64,000 nucleotides of DNA from contig MU058065.1 of NCBI GenBank assembly GCA_013265495.1, positions 4,934,976-4,998,975 of the forward strand, given 5' to 3'. Source of the DNA: Vicugna vicugna. Taxonomy: Eukaryota. A program made the position numbers and the translations under genes. The first letter of the stretch is position 1, and every line of letters starts with the position of its first letter. This document shows positions 11,566-24,419 of this stretch, piece after piece. The notes under the pieces were generated by a model. The model saw only the letters and a program-made list of their open reading frames with translations, was not told the origin of the DNA and made no database searches.

Positions 11566-11711
11566 CTTTGGGCATGTGACGGGGACAGTGATAGAAGACA
11601 TGCCTGGTTTAATATTCTACCGTCACTGTCTCAAAATTTTTAATAATTTTTCAACAAGAAGCTCGCATTTTCATTTTGCCTAGGGTCTTACTATTCACGT
11701 GGCTGGTGCTG
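11566..11711. mobile_element. MER91A-like hAT-Tip100 MITE
   Basis: tggtttaatattct..gtctcaaaatttttaataatttttcaacaag..gcattttcattttgc; similar to the copy at 42971-43128. Confidence 0.65.
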
Positions 11712-13089
11712 ATCAGACCCCGTACCGTTTACTGCACCTCCCTCCCCGCTGCTACCACCTGCTCCCATCCGTTCTACAAAACGGTGGAGAGCTGATTTTC
11801 CAAGACAATTTAACATCATTTAATCTGTCCTTAATTTTTTTTCTGAAGGAAAATGGGAGAAAATACTGGCTGGAGCCAGAGGGTGACTCAAGTTTGGTGT
11901 AAGCAGTTTGGAAAGGTGACAGCACCGCACAGGTGTAAGGAATTAGGAAGGAAATCTTAACCAAAGGTTACTGCACTTCGGGATGTATTTACCTGACATC
12001 TACAAACGTTTGAAAATTTAAGACAGTCAGCCAATCTCTTGGATGGTTTCAACAAGGAGGTGACTGCATCCAATAACCCTATCAAAATTGCCATGGTTTC
12101 TTCTCTTTTTTCTCCTTGTTGGACCACCTCTGCTGGCCTCCAGTGTAAAGCCATCAAGGTCAGAGCCAGTCTTTCTGGCCAGCTCTGGCCCCAAGGAGGA
12201 ACATTAATTTGCTGACCTGGGTCACCCTGTCATGCAGATATCCTCTGCCTTTCTCCCACACCACCGTTTATCAAAAGGACTTAGATGACGCTCTCGCTGA
12301 GCAAGGACAGGACCACGTCTCTAAAATTAAGCATGAGTCTAGGAACAGGATCATCTGAGAGCTGCAAGCTGACTTTTTAACTTTTTTATCAAGTTGGTTT
12401 AAGAGGGCTAACTCCAGTATTTCCTGCTTGAACCAGAACATTTATCATCCAGGAAATAATTCACTGGCTGTAGGCACAGCGGCAGAGCAAAATAGAGCTT
12501 CTTAGATGGGAATGCTATGGTTTCTGAGCACTGGCATAGTATTCACTCTTACTGATGTGAGTCCAGGGAAGCACCTCTACCTGCCCAGACTCACTGAAAG
12601 CAGGCTGGCACTCAGACTTCTCGCACCCACCTTGCTGTTTGCCAAAATGTCAAAGGCCATTGTAATTCTTTCGACACTTTTGACCAAGAGTATTTGTGAA
12701 ATGCTGCGTCAGTTCTTACGAAAATTGGGAAGTCATCTTCATGACCAGAACACCAGTCTGGGCAAAGCAAGGGCTAGAGTCAGCGTGTGCTAAGTCATGA
12801 AGCTACTGATTACAAAAAAAATATCTGTCTGGTGTTGAAACCTATTATTATTATTGTTGGAAAGAGTCCACGTGAAGTCTCTTCATTCCACTCGTAGTCA
12901 CATGCACGCAATAAAGCAGAAGATAGGGGCAATTACTGAATTAATTTGTGTCATAAATTTATTCACCTGAAGTATCCAGGTACGGCAGGGAAAAGGGCAC
13001 CTGTGTTAAGAAAGAGGTAATGTCTCTTCTATATTATTCAGATAATCCTAATTTTATTCTTCATTTGCTTTTTTATCTCTTCTATTTAG

Positions 13090-13912
13090 ACATTTTTTAA
13101 CAGACTTTATTTTTATAGCAGTTTTAGATTTGCAGAAAAATGAAGAAGACAGTTCAGAGAGCTCTGGCCCTATTGTGAACGTCTTACATCAGTCGAGTGC
13201 ACTTGTTACAGTTAATGAACTGGTGATGCTGGATTATTATTAACTAAAGTCCATGCTTTACTCAGATCACCTTAGCTTTTCCTAATGTCCTTTTCCTATT
13301 CCAGGATCTCACCCAGGACACCACGTGACATTTAATCTTCGTGTCTTCTGAGACTCCTCTCGGCTAGGACGGTTTCTCAGACTTGTCCTTGGGTTTGAGC
13401 ACCTTGACAGCTTGGGGAAGTACCGGTCAGGTACGTTGAAGGCTGCCCCTCTGCGGGAATTTGCCTGATGTTTTCCCCATGATTAGACTGGGGTTATGAG
13501 ATGGAGAGGAAGATGGCAGAGAAGTGCCATTTTCATCCTGTCATATCAGGGGTGCACACTGTCAACGTGGCTTATCCCTGTTCATGTTGAACTTGACCAC
13601 CTGGCGGAAGCAGGGCTTGTCAGGTTTCTCCACTGTATGGTTACTCTCCTTTTTCCCTCCCTTTCCATTCTCCACTCTTTGCAAGGAAGTCTCTATACAC
13701 AACCCACACTTAACGAATGATGAGTTAATCTACCTTACTCCTTTAGGATGGAGTACCTGCATAAATTCTTGTGCTCAGGACATTTGTCTCTTTTCCCCCA
13801 CTTATTAATTTGTTCAATTATTTATCTGTATCAGTATAGACTCATGGATATTTATTTATTCTTTGAGTTATAATATTACCTTAATGAATTCTTCAGTCAC
13901 ATTATTCCATTG

Positions 13913-13961
<49 letters not shown>

Positions 13962-14240
13962 GCACTTCCTTATTTTCAGGCTCTGCGAGAAGCTTTAAGT
14001 TTATCTTACACATTTCTTACCCCAATCCTAGACTCAGTCGTTTTTCCAAGGACCCGTTTCCTTTCACTAGAGAAAGATATTAGAGACCAATATCTGGTGA
14101 TAGGTGTGCACGTTGATACCATGCTGTCCTTTTTCTATGCCTCCTTAATTGATAGAGGAAAGAAATGTATGTGTATATATTAATCTGTGTATATACACAT
14201 ATCTATAAATATTTCTATATAGAGCTACGTGTAACTACAT
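13090..14240 (-). mobile_element. Old L1 (L1MC/L1MD-type) 3' UTR
   Basis: agactttatttttatagcagttttagattt..tattattaactaaagtccat..ttccaggatctcacccaggacaccac. Confidence 0.8.
13911..13959. repeat. (TG)n microsatellite, one interruption
   Basis: Read directly from the sequence. Confidence 0.95.
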
Positions 14241-14764
14241 GGGCCACTTGCTTTTTCTGTATTCATAAACATGAAGAAAGTGATTTTTATAGCTCCTCCC
14301 ATCCCAACACCAAGCTTAAAACACCCTGAAAATCATGTTTGGAGTGAGCACCTCCTTGTGTCAGGCAGTGGTATGACAATCTCTGCCCTTGGGGAGCTTC
14401 TGGTCTAGTGGGGAAGACGCACATAAATTTCAATTAAATGTGGCAATTTGGTAATCTCATGGGAACCATGCAGATTGCTGAAAAAGTGCACAGGAAATCA
14501 AATCAAGGATAGGGTGCCATATATGTGTACATGAGGCTAAAGAGATTGGACTTCATTCTGTAGGTGAATGGGGATGATTGCAACATTTAATGCAAGACTA
14601 AGTCTGTATAAACCCAAGCCCAGGAGACCACGTCCAGTTTGCTGGGTACAGAAGCATCAGAAGCGACAAAAGACAGACAGCAAAGCTAAAAATTACGCTT
14701 CCTTCCTTGTATTGTGTTGATTAATGTTCATGCTGGGGGAATGCAGAGGATGATGCTGATGTGT

Positions 14765-15070
14765 GAAGCAGTTATTTACTTAGCACTTACTATGTGGCAA
14801 GTATTATCTCATTTAACTCTAGGAGATGGGCATCATATGAACGCCCTGTAGCAGATGAGGGACTGAATCTCAGAAGTTAGGTAATGTGCATTATTTAAGT
14901 ATTAACTTTATATGTTAATAGATATTATTATATTGTTTATACATTACGTATTTAGCAATTCTAATAGTTATTAACATTATATAGACGTTAGTAAAGTCAC
15001 ACACCTGGAAAGTAACTGATTCAACTTCAGAACACACCTGCCTGATTCCTCACCATTACACACTTTAACC
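14765..15070 (-). mobile_element. MIR SINE interrupted by an AT-rich segment
   Basis: agcacttactatgtggcaag..tctcatttaa..cagatgagggactgaatctcaga, resuming at aaagtcacacacctggaaagt. Confidence 0.7.
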
Positions 15071-18000
15071 ATCACCTGAAACCGGCAAAGGCTGAGCTTC
15101 CGATATCCAAGGTACTTCTAAGAAAAGCAGGGTTTAGCAAGTTCTATGTTTTACTTTTTATTTCTAGGGGGAAAAAAAAGTCCATTGATGGAGTCCTGGT
15201 GGTGGCCTGTCTAGACTGATGAACAACGGCTTTTGGAGAATAACAGGCAGGACGGAGAAAGGCATCTCTCCCCTTGTCGAAACAGGTTCGCCCTGACCAA
15301 ATATTTCCGTAAAACATTTGAGTTAAACCATTTCCTTCTTTCATAATGAGGAGAAATGGGCAGATAAATCAGCTGGGAGTCTGTAGCCCAGTCCGCAGAG
15401 GTGATGTGTCAGCCCGGCCTCCCTCCTCCATCTGCTGGGATTTATGACAAGCAAGCAGGTCTCATCATCCATCATGGGTGTCTTCAGTGGAATTCTGGGT
15501 AAGAGCAAGTTAAGCCTCTGGGGGTTCAGAATTAACAATCCTATTTGCTTTGTCTACACAGTTTTAAGACAAACCAAGGGAACCCTCCGCAGAGGAGTGA
15601 AAACTCCAATGGACTTGGTCAATGCTTAGTGGTGTAAGGGGATCAAATCTTCAAAAACATTTGCTATCTTGTTTTTCGCTTTTACCTGGAGGTGTACTGC
15701 ATCCTACAGACACATTTAGAGAGATGACTGTCCCTTTTCTCTTCAACTAATTGTGTTAATTTGGTGAATTCACCAGGACTGGGTCGGCATGCGATCACTC
15801 TGGACAGCCATAAGTAGAAGGAAGAACATAAAACATGTTTAGGATGTAGACTATAAACTAGGCTCGTGTATATTCACTAATAACGCCAGTTATGTCAGGC
15901 TAATCATGTGCCTCCTTCATGAAGAGTAAAAGCAGAAAAGCAATCCCTTTGTCTGCGTAGCATAGAGCTCGTCATGTACAAGGAAGGCTTACGGCTTTCA
16001 GACATGCCTGAAGTTTATTTGTATATATTTTAAGCCCTATCACCCACCTCCCTCCCCAGGAAAGAATTTAGGGTGAATATAACTCCTGTAATTTCTATCC
16101 GAGGCCACCATGATCAAGCGAGCCTGCTCACTTTGGCAACTAATTCTTGCCACACACAGGGCAGCTGTGAGTAATGCCTGTGTTGGGCTTTGTGCAGTAA
16201 TCACACACAAATGTGAAGGAATTTAAATTACCACTTATTTTAAACTAGCGTGTTCTTAACCTCAGTGTATTATAAGGAGGAAGACGCTAAGGATTGTGGG
16301 AAGGGGCTGTTTCTCTTGGTAATGGAGCAGTGACTGGAGAATGTGGACAAAGTAGATGCTTCACCATTTGGACACAAACCAAACCAGGGAAACCTGGTAA
16401 AGCTCCCAAACCCTTTTTTGGGCCAACTGTTTTAAAGGCTTTTGTTTGTTTGTTTCTTTTTTAAAAATTTTATATAGCCATAATTAATGCAACGAACCAC
16501 AGAGTAAGTTCAGGGACAGGAATCTGGGTGAGCAAGTTCTGGGTTGGATGCACGTTATGCCACAGCTTCTAACCTGACTGGTCCTGATTTAATAAGACCT
16601 CACAGTCACATCCTCCCGTGCACTCACTGGGCAGTTGCCTGCTTTAAGAGACAAGGCAGTTAGTGACAGAGAAGGGTGAGAGAATTACTGCCTTCCAAAC
16701 ACACCTGGGGAAGAGGAAGGGTCTTCCACCCCAGGATGTAGCCAGACAGAAGGCTGCCCACCAGAGGGAAGAATGAAAAATAGTCTTGATTTATAGACTT
16801 TCAGGAACCTAACTTGGAGAGTTAAAGCGTGTCATCCGAAAAAGCTTTGCGTTGCCTCATCTCTCAGGGTAAGATGGGAATTTTAGGACAGAGGTTCCTG
16901 GCAGTTTCTACTGAACTAAATCATAGGTGTTTCATAATTTTGTGTCAGCTGATTGTGCAACAGAGCAGGTTTTACTTTCCTGGAGCACACGAGGCACCTA
17001 ACTCTGCCCTCTGACACTTTTATCTGCCTTTGCAGCCAGCATCAGGAACTAAGCGTCCAGCTGGACCCGAGAACCCTACCATCACTGGTATTTGGACCAT
17101 TCAGAGAACTTGGGCCAAACGTCTACTTCAGATTGCATGGTTTCTGTATTCTGCTCTGGGATGCTTTTGTCTGAATTCTCCCTTTCATGTAAACATATTC
17201 TGAAATATCGATGCTCTAAAAGAAAGCCAGTTGTATCACTTGAATAGCCTAGGGCTCTGCTTGCCTCTCTTACAGTTCCACATGTGTTAACACTGTTCAG
17301 GGCCTTTCAGGTGGACTAACAGTGGGTGATGTTGATTCATTTCCCAGGTATGAGAGGAAGAAGGACCGAGTGTTCATTTCTATTATTTCCCAAACCAGAA
17401 CCTATACTTAGCTGTTCCTCCCCTTTTACACATCGCTGTGAAGATGGCGCTGCACTGGAGTCCGTCCTAAAGCGTCAGACTGGCTCAGGGTCTTCACCCT
17501 CCCTTCCCACCCCAAGATGAAGCCAGAGGCATTTGAGAATAGACCCCTCCCTCCTACACAGGGGACTCTTCCCTAGTGCCTGCTTTCTAGTTAGCTAAAT
17601 CTGATGGCCATTCGAGACCCCTCGCTTCAGGTCAGGTAACTGGCTTTTGGTCTGCCTCTTTCAAGCTTAAACAGGGCCACCCATTATCATCCACTCCATA
17701 TCCCAAGGCTCCAAGCCAGTCCTTCCTCACTCTTATGTCTACCTCCAGCTTCCTGACCCCCAGCATGAATCAGAAGTTCGGTTACAAATGACAAGGGTAC
17801 GCCTCCTTCATGTTCAAGCAGAAAGGGAACTGTATTGACTAGTAGAAGCCAAAGTGAGAACCAAACCAGTGGAAAGATGAAGATGTAGGAGGACCCATGA
17901 TCAACCATGACCTTGTTTCTGATTGCTCTAAATGTCAAGTTCATTCTGCCTCACAATAGTTCTCTGCTATCTAGGGAATGTGGCAACACATGGCATTTGA

Positions 18001-20279
18001 GATTTACATCATATGGCTTCTGCCACTAAATGGGATTTGTTTCAACTCCATGGACTCCCAAGTTTAGAAACCCTTGTGAAATGATTCTTGGATGTAACCA
18101 GGTTCCACATTAGCTACAAGGTTGTGCAGAAGAGTACTCAGGATAAAAGGAAGTGGTTGGAAGATGGTCATATTATAAACATTTTTTTGATCCACAGCAA
18201 AGAAGAGCTAGTGCTTTATTCTCAAAAAAAAGGGGGGTGGAGGGGAGAGCTGATGCAATCCGCCAAGCTTAGATGGACTTAGTCATTTGAGGAATGCTTT
18301 TGTTCTCTGAATTCACCTTCTAATGCCTGGTTTATAAAAAACTAATCATCAACTTATAGCTAGTATACATAGAGTCTTAGAAGCCTGCTACAAGTTGAAA
18401 TTATTACTATAAGTAAAATTTTAATTTGGATTTTTAAAATGGCATATAGAAACACTTTCTTTTAATCTCAGGATAAGTATATAGAATTAAAAAAGCTGTG
18501 ATGAATTATGTTTGTTCCAACCTTTTAGGTAGAAAAAGACAGCGACACAACTGAAAAAAGGTTAAACCAAAAAAAGAAGGGATTTATTTTTAAATAATGG
18601 AGTGTATCATGAAACTCGAAGCCAAGAATGCATATGTGTGATCCTGAAATGTGGTGGCTCCTGCTGCAGCCACGTGGATGGGTAAGGGGGAGATACTGCA
18701 TAGGCAATGTCATGGGTGACCACTCTACCAGTTCAATTTAGCCAATATTTATTAAGCACTTTTTTTTTATGTGCAGGGCATTTCATCACTCAGCTTTTCA
18801 TGCTTGTCAATCTACATGTTCTATAATCACACTTGAATTAACTCTTTTAAAATTAAATTTGGTGTGCCCTAAAAATATAATACTGATACATATTAAGTTT
18901 GATTTGCAGCTCCCTCTGCCATCATGAAACAAAACGGCAGGTAATAAAAATGTTGAATGAGCACATATCTTCCCACAATTTTTAGAAACTGTCAATTACA
19001 TTCAGTAAAGAGAGAGGTCTAGAGTTCACAAAAATATGTAGTATTCAATAATGGGCTTATCCCCACACAATATCAAGAAAATGATCCTATCACTTTAAGT
19101 CTGCTTAGACTGTGTTGAGAAGACAAACCTTTCCCGGGGGGATATGTTTGTGAATGTCCCCATCATAAGACTTAGACAAGTTTATGGATAACACGTCCAG
19201 TGAGACCAGTCTGGACATTGTTTCCAGAACATGGCCCTGCCCTCACCTGCCTCTAGGTCTTGGCTCAGATAATTAGCTCAGTTTGAAGGATCTCTTTTGG
19301 GAGCATCTTATTTTTTTAATTGCATTTCAAGTATAGTTTTGGGTCACAGAGATACATAGCAATTTAAACAACATAACTTAAAAGGCATGAAATAAGACCA
19401 TGTTTCTGTTTCTTTATTATATAATACTTAAATAATAGTTTTCAACTTTAGATAAGTACAAAGTATCAAGCAGCTTATTTATTTATGAAAGTAAAAATGA
19501 TATAAATGCTTAATCATATCTTTATGACCCATGACAGAATGGATCTGTACTATTCAAGTAGGTCTTATGCAGAAAGAAAATATTAAAGTTAGCATTATTT
19601 GGGAAAAACTTTGGATCATATCAATTTTTCTAGGTCAAGATAACAAATTCCTAAGGTTCGTTAATTAATTGTCACTACTTTCACAACCTTCAACATAGTC
19701 AATTGACTAATACATGTAGATGCAAAACGTGTAAGTCTTGATTTAAAATGTCAGTGTCCAAGACTCTCAGTATTAGAAGGGACTGGGTGTCTCCTCAATG
19801 TTCAGTGGTCTTCTTGGCTATTTGCCTAGAAAAATTCTTCCTTCTAGGGAAAGATGGGCTGATAAAACGTCACTGATGTTCTCTGAGCTAGATACAGCAA
19901 ATCCTGGCTCATTCCAATCCCAGAAGATGATACTTACAAGGTGGAAGAGTGAACGAACCCATGCAGTGGTCTGCAAACACTTTACATCTCGCCCTATCTT
20001 ATGAGACATAATGCATGCTTGTGGTCCTGTACTCTTACCCATTAGACGATGAGGAAGCTCAACTCCCAGCACCACAATTAAGAACGGAAAAGTTCAAACT
20101 TGACCTCATCCTTGTCAGTCGTTGCCTTGCCTAAGGAGGGAGGCAGGTCGTCTTTACCCTGGAGAAGCAGTAACCAGCTCAGGTCCCCAGTGCTGAAGCA
20201 TTCGTCAACCTCTCTAACTCACCCCTCCTAAGGGAGACAATTCTTCCCAGGGTACAAAGTGTCTGATTCCAAACTCCTT

Positions 20280-20600
20280 GTGTCTTCTATCTTGCCTTCC
20301 AAGTTCAACTAAAATTCTATTTCCTCTGAGAAGCCCCACTGCCTTCAGATTCCCCAGTCAGAATAAAGTATTCCTTTCTTAACACTTGCTTAACAAAATG
20401 TTTGTCCTTTTTTTGCTTGTTTATTTGTTTGTTTGTTTTTCTTTTTTGGAGTCAATTTGCATACTAAGTTGTGTGTGCGTGCATGTGTGTGTGTGTGTGC
20501 TAGATAGACAGACAGATAACCTCCACTGGTTGTCCACTGGTTGTTGAGCCCCTGGAGGGCACATGCCATGACTTTTTCCCATCTATGTCTTCAATCATTA
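20280..20600 (+). mobile_element. L2 3' fragment
   Basis: ccttccaagttcaactaaaattctatttcctctgagaagcc and tgagcccctggagggc. Confidence 0.5.
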
Positions 20601-21390
20601 AATAAGTATTTTTGAGTGTTCATGCTCCCCGTGTTAGGCATCATGGAGATTTTACAATAAATCAGACTATATTTTAATCTCGAAGTGTAGGGAATAAAAG
20701 ACAGGCAGAAAATAAATATGATACAAGATAAACATAGGTGATGTAAGGGAGGTAAAGATGAAATGTTATGAGAGTTCCAAGAAGATGGAGATCATTTCAA
20801 TGGCAAGAAAGGGAGAGGGCAGAGAGGTGGAAAGGGAAAAACCAGAGGAGACTTCATAGAACAATACAGGTTTTGAAATTGTCCACTGAGGATGGGTAGG
20901 ACTTGGATGTGTGGATGTATATATTCCCCCAAGTAAGAGAAACAGCATGAACAGGAAGAACAGAAGGGTAGGTTCCAGGGGACCATGTGATGCATAAAGA
21001 GAAACAGTTAAAAATTAAAAACTGGGAATAGTAGCTTGGAAACCAATGTCATTCTGAGGAATCTGGACAGTATCCTGTCGTTAATCTGAACACACAAAAG
21101 AGGTGGACAAAAGAGGAAGGGGCTCATGTGCATTGGGGGGTCCATCAAGCTGCATCAAGAGTGTATGCAAAGGATAATGAAGACCAAGCCTGAGAGAGTG
21201 GCAATGGGGAAGGAGCCCTGACACAGAGACCTGACCGGGCTTGGCTGCTGGCCGCTGATGGAGGGCAAGGGAGAGGAAGGGAGAGGCCCTCCAGACCAGG
21301 GGAGTGGTGGTGCCATTGACTAAAGCAAGGAGCAAATGAGGATTAAACATTAAATGGGGGCAAAACATGATTCCCAGTAGAGATGTCAAA
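20596..21390 (-). mobile_element. L2 fragments
   Basis: cattaaataagtatttttgagtg reverse tail; ggtggtgccattgactaaagcaagg. Confidence 0.55.
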
Positions 21391-21784
21391 TAAATATTTC
21401 ATCTCTTTATATCTGCCTCCCAATTCAGTGCCCAAGAGTCATACACAAAATAAGCTAATAAATGGTTACTGAATTGATATGGATCTATAACAAACATTAA
21501 AGGTATATGGTGGCAGTGGTGGAAAGAGAAAGTTCTGGAGCCAACTCTAAAATTTGAAGTTGTTATCAAGGAAGACAACCATGCATTTTATAGACTACCT
21601 CCCGGAGCCATGTCCAACTATCACCACGGAAAATTCACATCAGTTGGAAAACAACTATCATTCATCGGGTGGCTACTCTGTTCAAAGTATCAAGGTATTT
21701 TATAAACTCTATCTCACTACATCATTCCCAATTCTGTTTCACTGAAAAGATAATGGGGCTTGGTTATCTAAGAGCTTTCAAATA

Positions 21785-22010
21785 GCAGGTAACAGCAAAT
21801 CCTGCCACAGGCAATGTTTCAAGCCCTTAACAAACATTAAACCTTTTATTTCTCATACCGTCAGGGGCAGGTGTGATTATCATCTCCATTTGAGGAATGA
21901 GGAGTCCCTAGCATAGGAAGTTCAGTCATTAGAGTAAGGTCACACAGCAAGCAAGAGTCAGGGCTGGGGCTTGAACCCAAGCAGGCTGGTCCATGGGCTT
22001 ACCCATCACT
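21785..22010 (-). mobile_element. MIR SINE
   Basis: attatcatctccattt..aaggtcacacagcaag..gggctggggcttgaacccaagcag. Confidence 0.8.
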
Positions 22011-23299
22011 TTACATGGTCTCTGCAGACTTCAGTGTCTTCATGTGGTGGAAACTCAAGTCCAGCTGCTGCCACAGCTTGTGTTTTCCTTCCGTTTTTGC
22101 CTAGAAGAAGTTTTGTGGGACCCCTCTGGGAGGTAAAGAAAAATGGTTATTGAATGATTGGCCCAAAATGGAGTGGAAATTAACCACGATGTCTGTAACT
22201 CATGATTTCTAACACCCAGTTTAGGTTCATCTTGCCCTCCTATCAAAGGGTTAACAGTGAACAGACTAGAATCATTAGGTAGTCTTTATTTTAGAAATGT
22301 CTTTCCAAAAATGTAAGTGTGTACTTTAGTTACTTATGATAAAGGAAAACATTACACTTAAAAACCTTTGGAGCGGAGGTGAATACTTGATAAATATAAT
22401 TAGTGATTTTCTATGACTTTTACAAATCAAACTTCTATGATAAATTTCTGGGAAAAAAGGTTAGTGTTACTTAGCCACATTCAGATTTCTAGATACAGAA
22501 TATTATCATGAATTCCCCAATCATCCTTTAGAAACACTACAATATAGGGTTTTACTGTAGCTGTCGTTTGAGGTTGCAAATTGTTAACATCTGTCTCTTA
22601 GCATTTTTTTTTACAATACTCTAAATACTCTAATCTCTGGTTATCCTGCTAATAACTGTAATTTTCTAGTCAGCTGCTATCTCTCAAGGTAGTTTAAAGG
22701 TCATTTTTTTGCGATACGTAAAGAAGCTTCTGAAGAAAGTGGACGTGATTTATTTTTTAGCAAGTGGAACTCATGTTTGGATTTGGTTTTGTATCCAAGA
22801 AGAAAGAGTCGCTGCCTCGCTGTTTGCTTCAGTCTTTTATTTGGTCCCAGTATGATTAATTTCAGTCTCTTTCAGGATATTTTACTTCTGTTACCTGATG
22901 TTATTCTTAATAGATAGGGAATCCAGATATTTTCAGAAGCATAATTAAAGGATACATTTATATTGTACTTTTTATATTCAAAGCACTGGTTAATCCATAT
23001 GTTATCCCTGCAAGATTAAAGCATGCTCCACTTTCCCCCAAAGAGGCGTGTTTCTGAAAACTCTTTTAATCAAGATTTGGAGATTTACATCCACTTTATT
23101 TTCTATAACACCACAGTTGCTCCAGAAATTATGAAACTCAGATATATTTGTGTAAATGCACACATTTTCATTTATTAAAAGTGCCAATCAACATATAAGA
23201 GATGCAAAAACATAAGCTATAGCGAGCATATGGTGAGTTATTTGGTTTCTGTTTGTTTGTTTTGTATCATCAGCATCCATTATTTTCTTGTGGGGGGGA

Positions 23300-23680
23300 A
23301 AAAAAAGCCTGCATTTCCTCTGAGTAAAATTCAACCTCACTCCACACTGTCTGTAACTCCAGAGCATAACCAGTCAAATTCCTGGAGTGACCTGTTTAGG
23401 GACAAACATATGACCCACCCTTGGTCAATGAGATGCAGAATCAGAAGTCCCCAAGAACATTTCCTTTTGGAAAGGAATATGCATCTTATTTCCAGCTGGG
23501 TTGCTCAGTGGGTAAGATACCGATACGAAACTGGCCGTGTCAAAATGGCTTCCATGGGGAAAAGTTCAGTCTGAAAATACAGTCAAAGCAGGGAGAAATC
23601 AGATGTAAGAAACAGAGAGAGAGAATATCCTCACGCCGTCATTTGTGGCCCCGGATCCAGCCCCACCAGTGATTACGGGA
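23300..23680 (+). mobile_element. Old MLT1 (MLT1J/K/L-like) fragment
   Basis: gtttagggacaaacatatgacccacccttggtcaatgaga and ccggatccagcc motifs. Confidence 0.4.
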
Positions 23681-23939
23681 AAGGGTTCCTTTCACTTGAT
23701 ACGGCATGGTACCCCATTAAGCACAGTCAGTGCTTAGAGACATTAGTAAGGATCTGATTTTACTACAGCGGATGGTAAGCGTAAAGGAAATTTTGATGGA
23801 ATATTCTCAGTGAAAGTAACTGGAAAGAATTAAGTAAGAAAGGCTTCAGGCAAGACATTATAAATGATGCTTTGACTAGATCAAATATTTATAAAGTAAT
23901 AGTTCACAATGCTGGCATACAGGAGTTTATATAAGGGTT

Positions 23940-24401
23940 TGTTATGAACTGGCTTGTGTCTGCCCAGAACTCATATGTTGACGTCCTAACCCCCAGTACC
24001 TCAGAATGTGACCTTGTGGGGATATAGTGCTGTTACAGATCAAATCACTTAAAATGAGGTTATGCTGGAATATGGTGGGATCCTAATCCAATGTGACTAG
24101 TGTCCTTATAAAAATGAGAGGAAATTTGGACACAGGAACACAAAGGGAGAACACCATGTGAAAATGAAGACAGAGATGGGGTGATGCTTCTGCGAACCAA
24201 GGAATATCAACAGTTGCCTGCAAAGCACCAAAGCTAAGGAGAGGCATGCAAGAGATTCTCCCTCATAGCCTCAGAAGACACCAAATTTGCTGAAACCTTG
24301 ACCTCAGACTTTTGCCTCCAGAACTGTGAGAGAATAAATTTCTGTATTTTAAGCATCTAGTTTGCAATATTTTGTTACAGCAACTTCAATAACCTAATAC
24401 A
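23940..24401 (+). mobile_element. MLT1C-like MaLR solo LTR
   Basis: tgttatgaac..tcatatgttgacgtcctaacccccagtacctcagaatgtgacc...cctccagaactgtgagagaataaatttctg...ctaataca. Confidence 0.9.
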
Positions 24402-24419
24402 GGATCTAAGGATAACTAA

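Noticed and set aside
17441..17450. YY1-like AAGATGGCG motif
   Set aside because: Single short word with no promoter or CpG-island context.
20522..20543. 11-bp tandem duplication tccactggttg, and similar micro-duplications near 22614, 34757, 44719, 55297 and (CTAAA)n near 57229
   Set aside because: Ordinary slippage products; no repeat-spacer or CRISPR-like periodicity.
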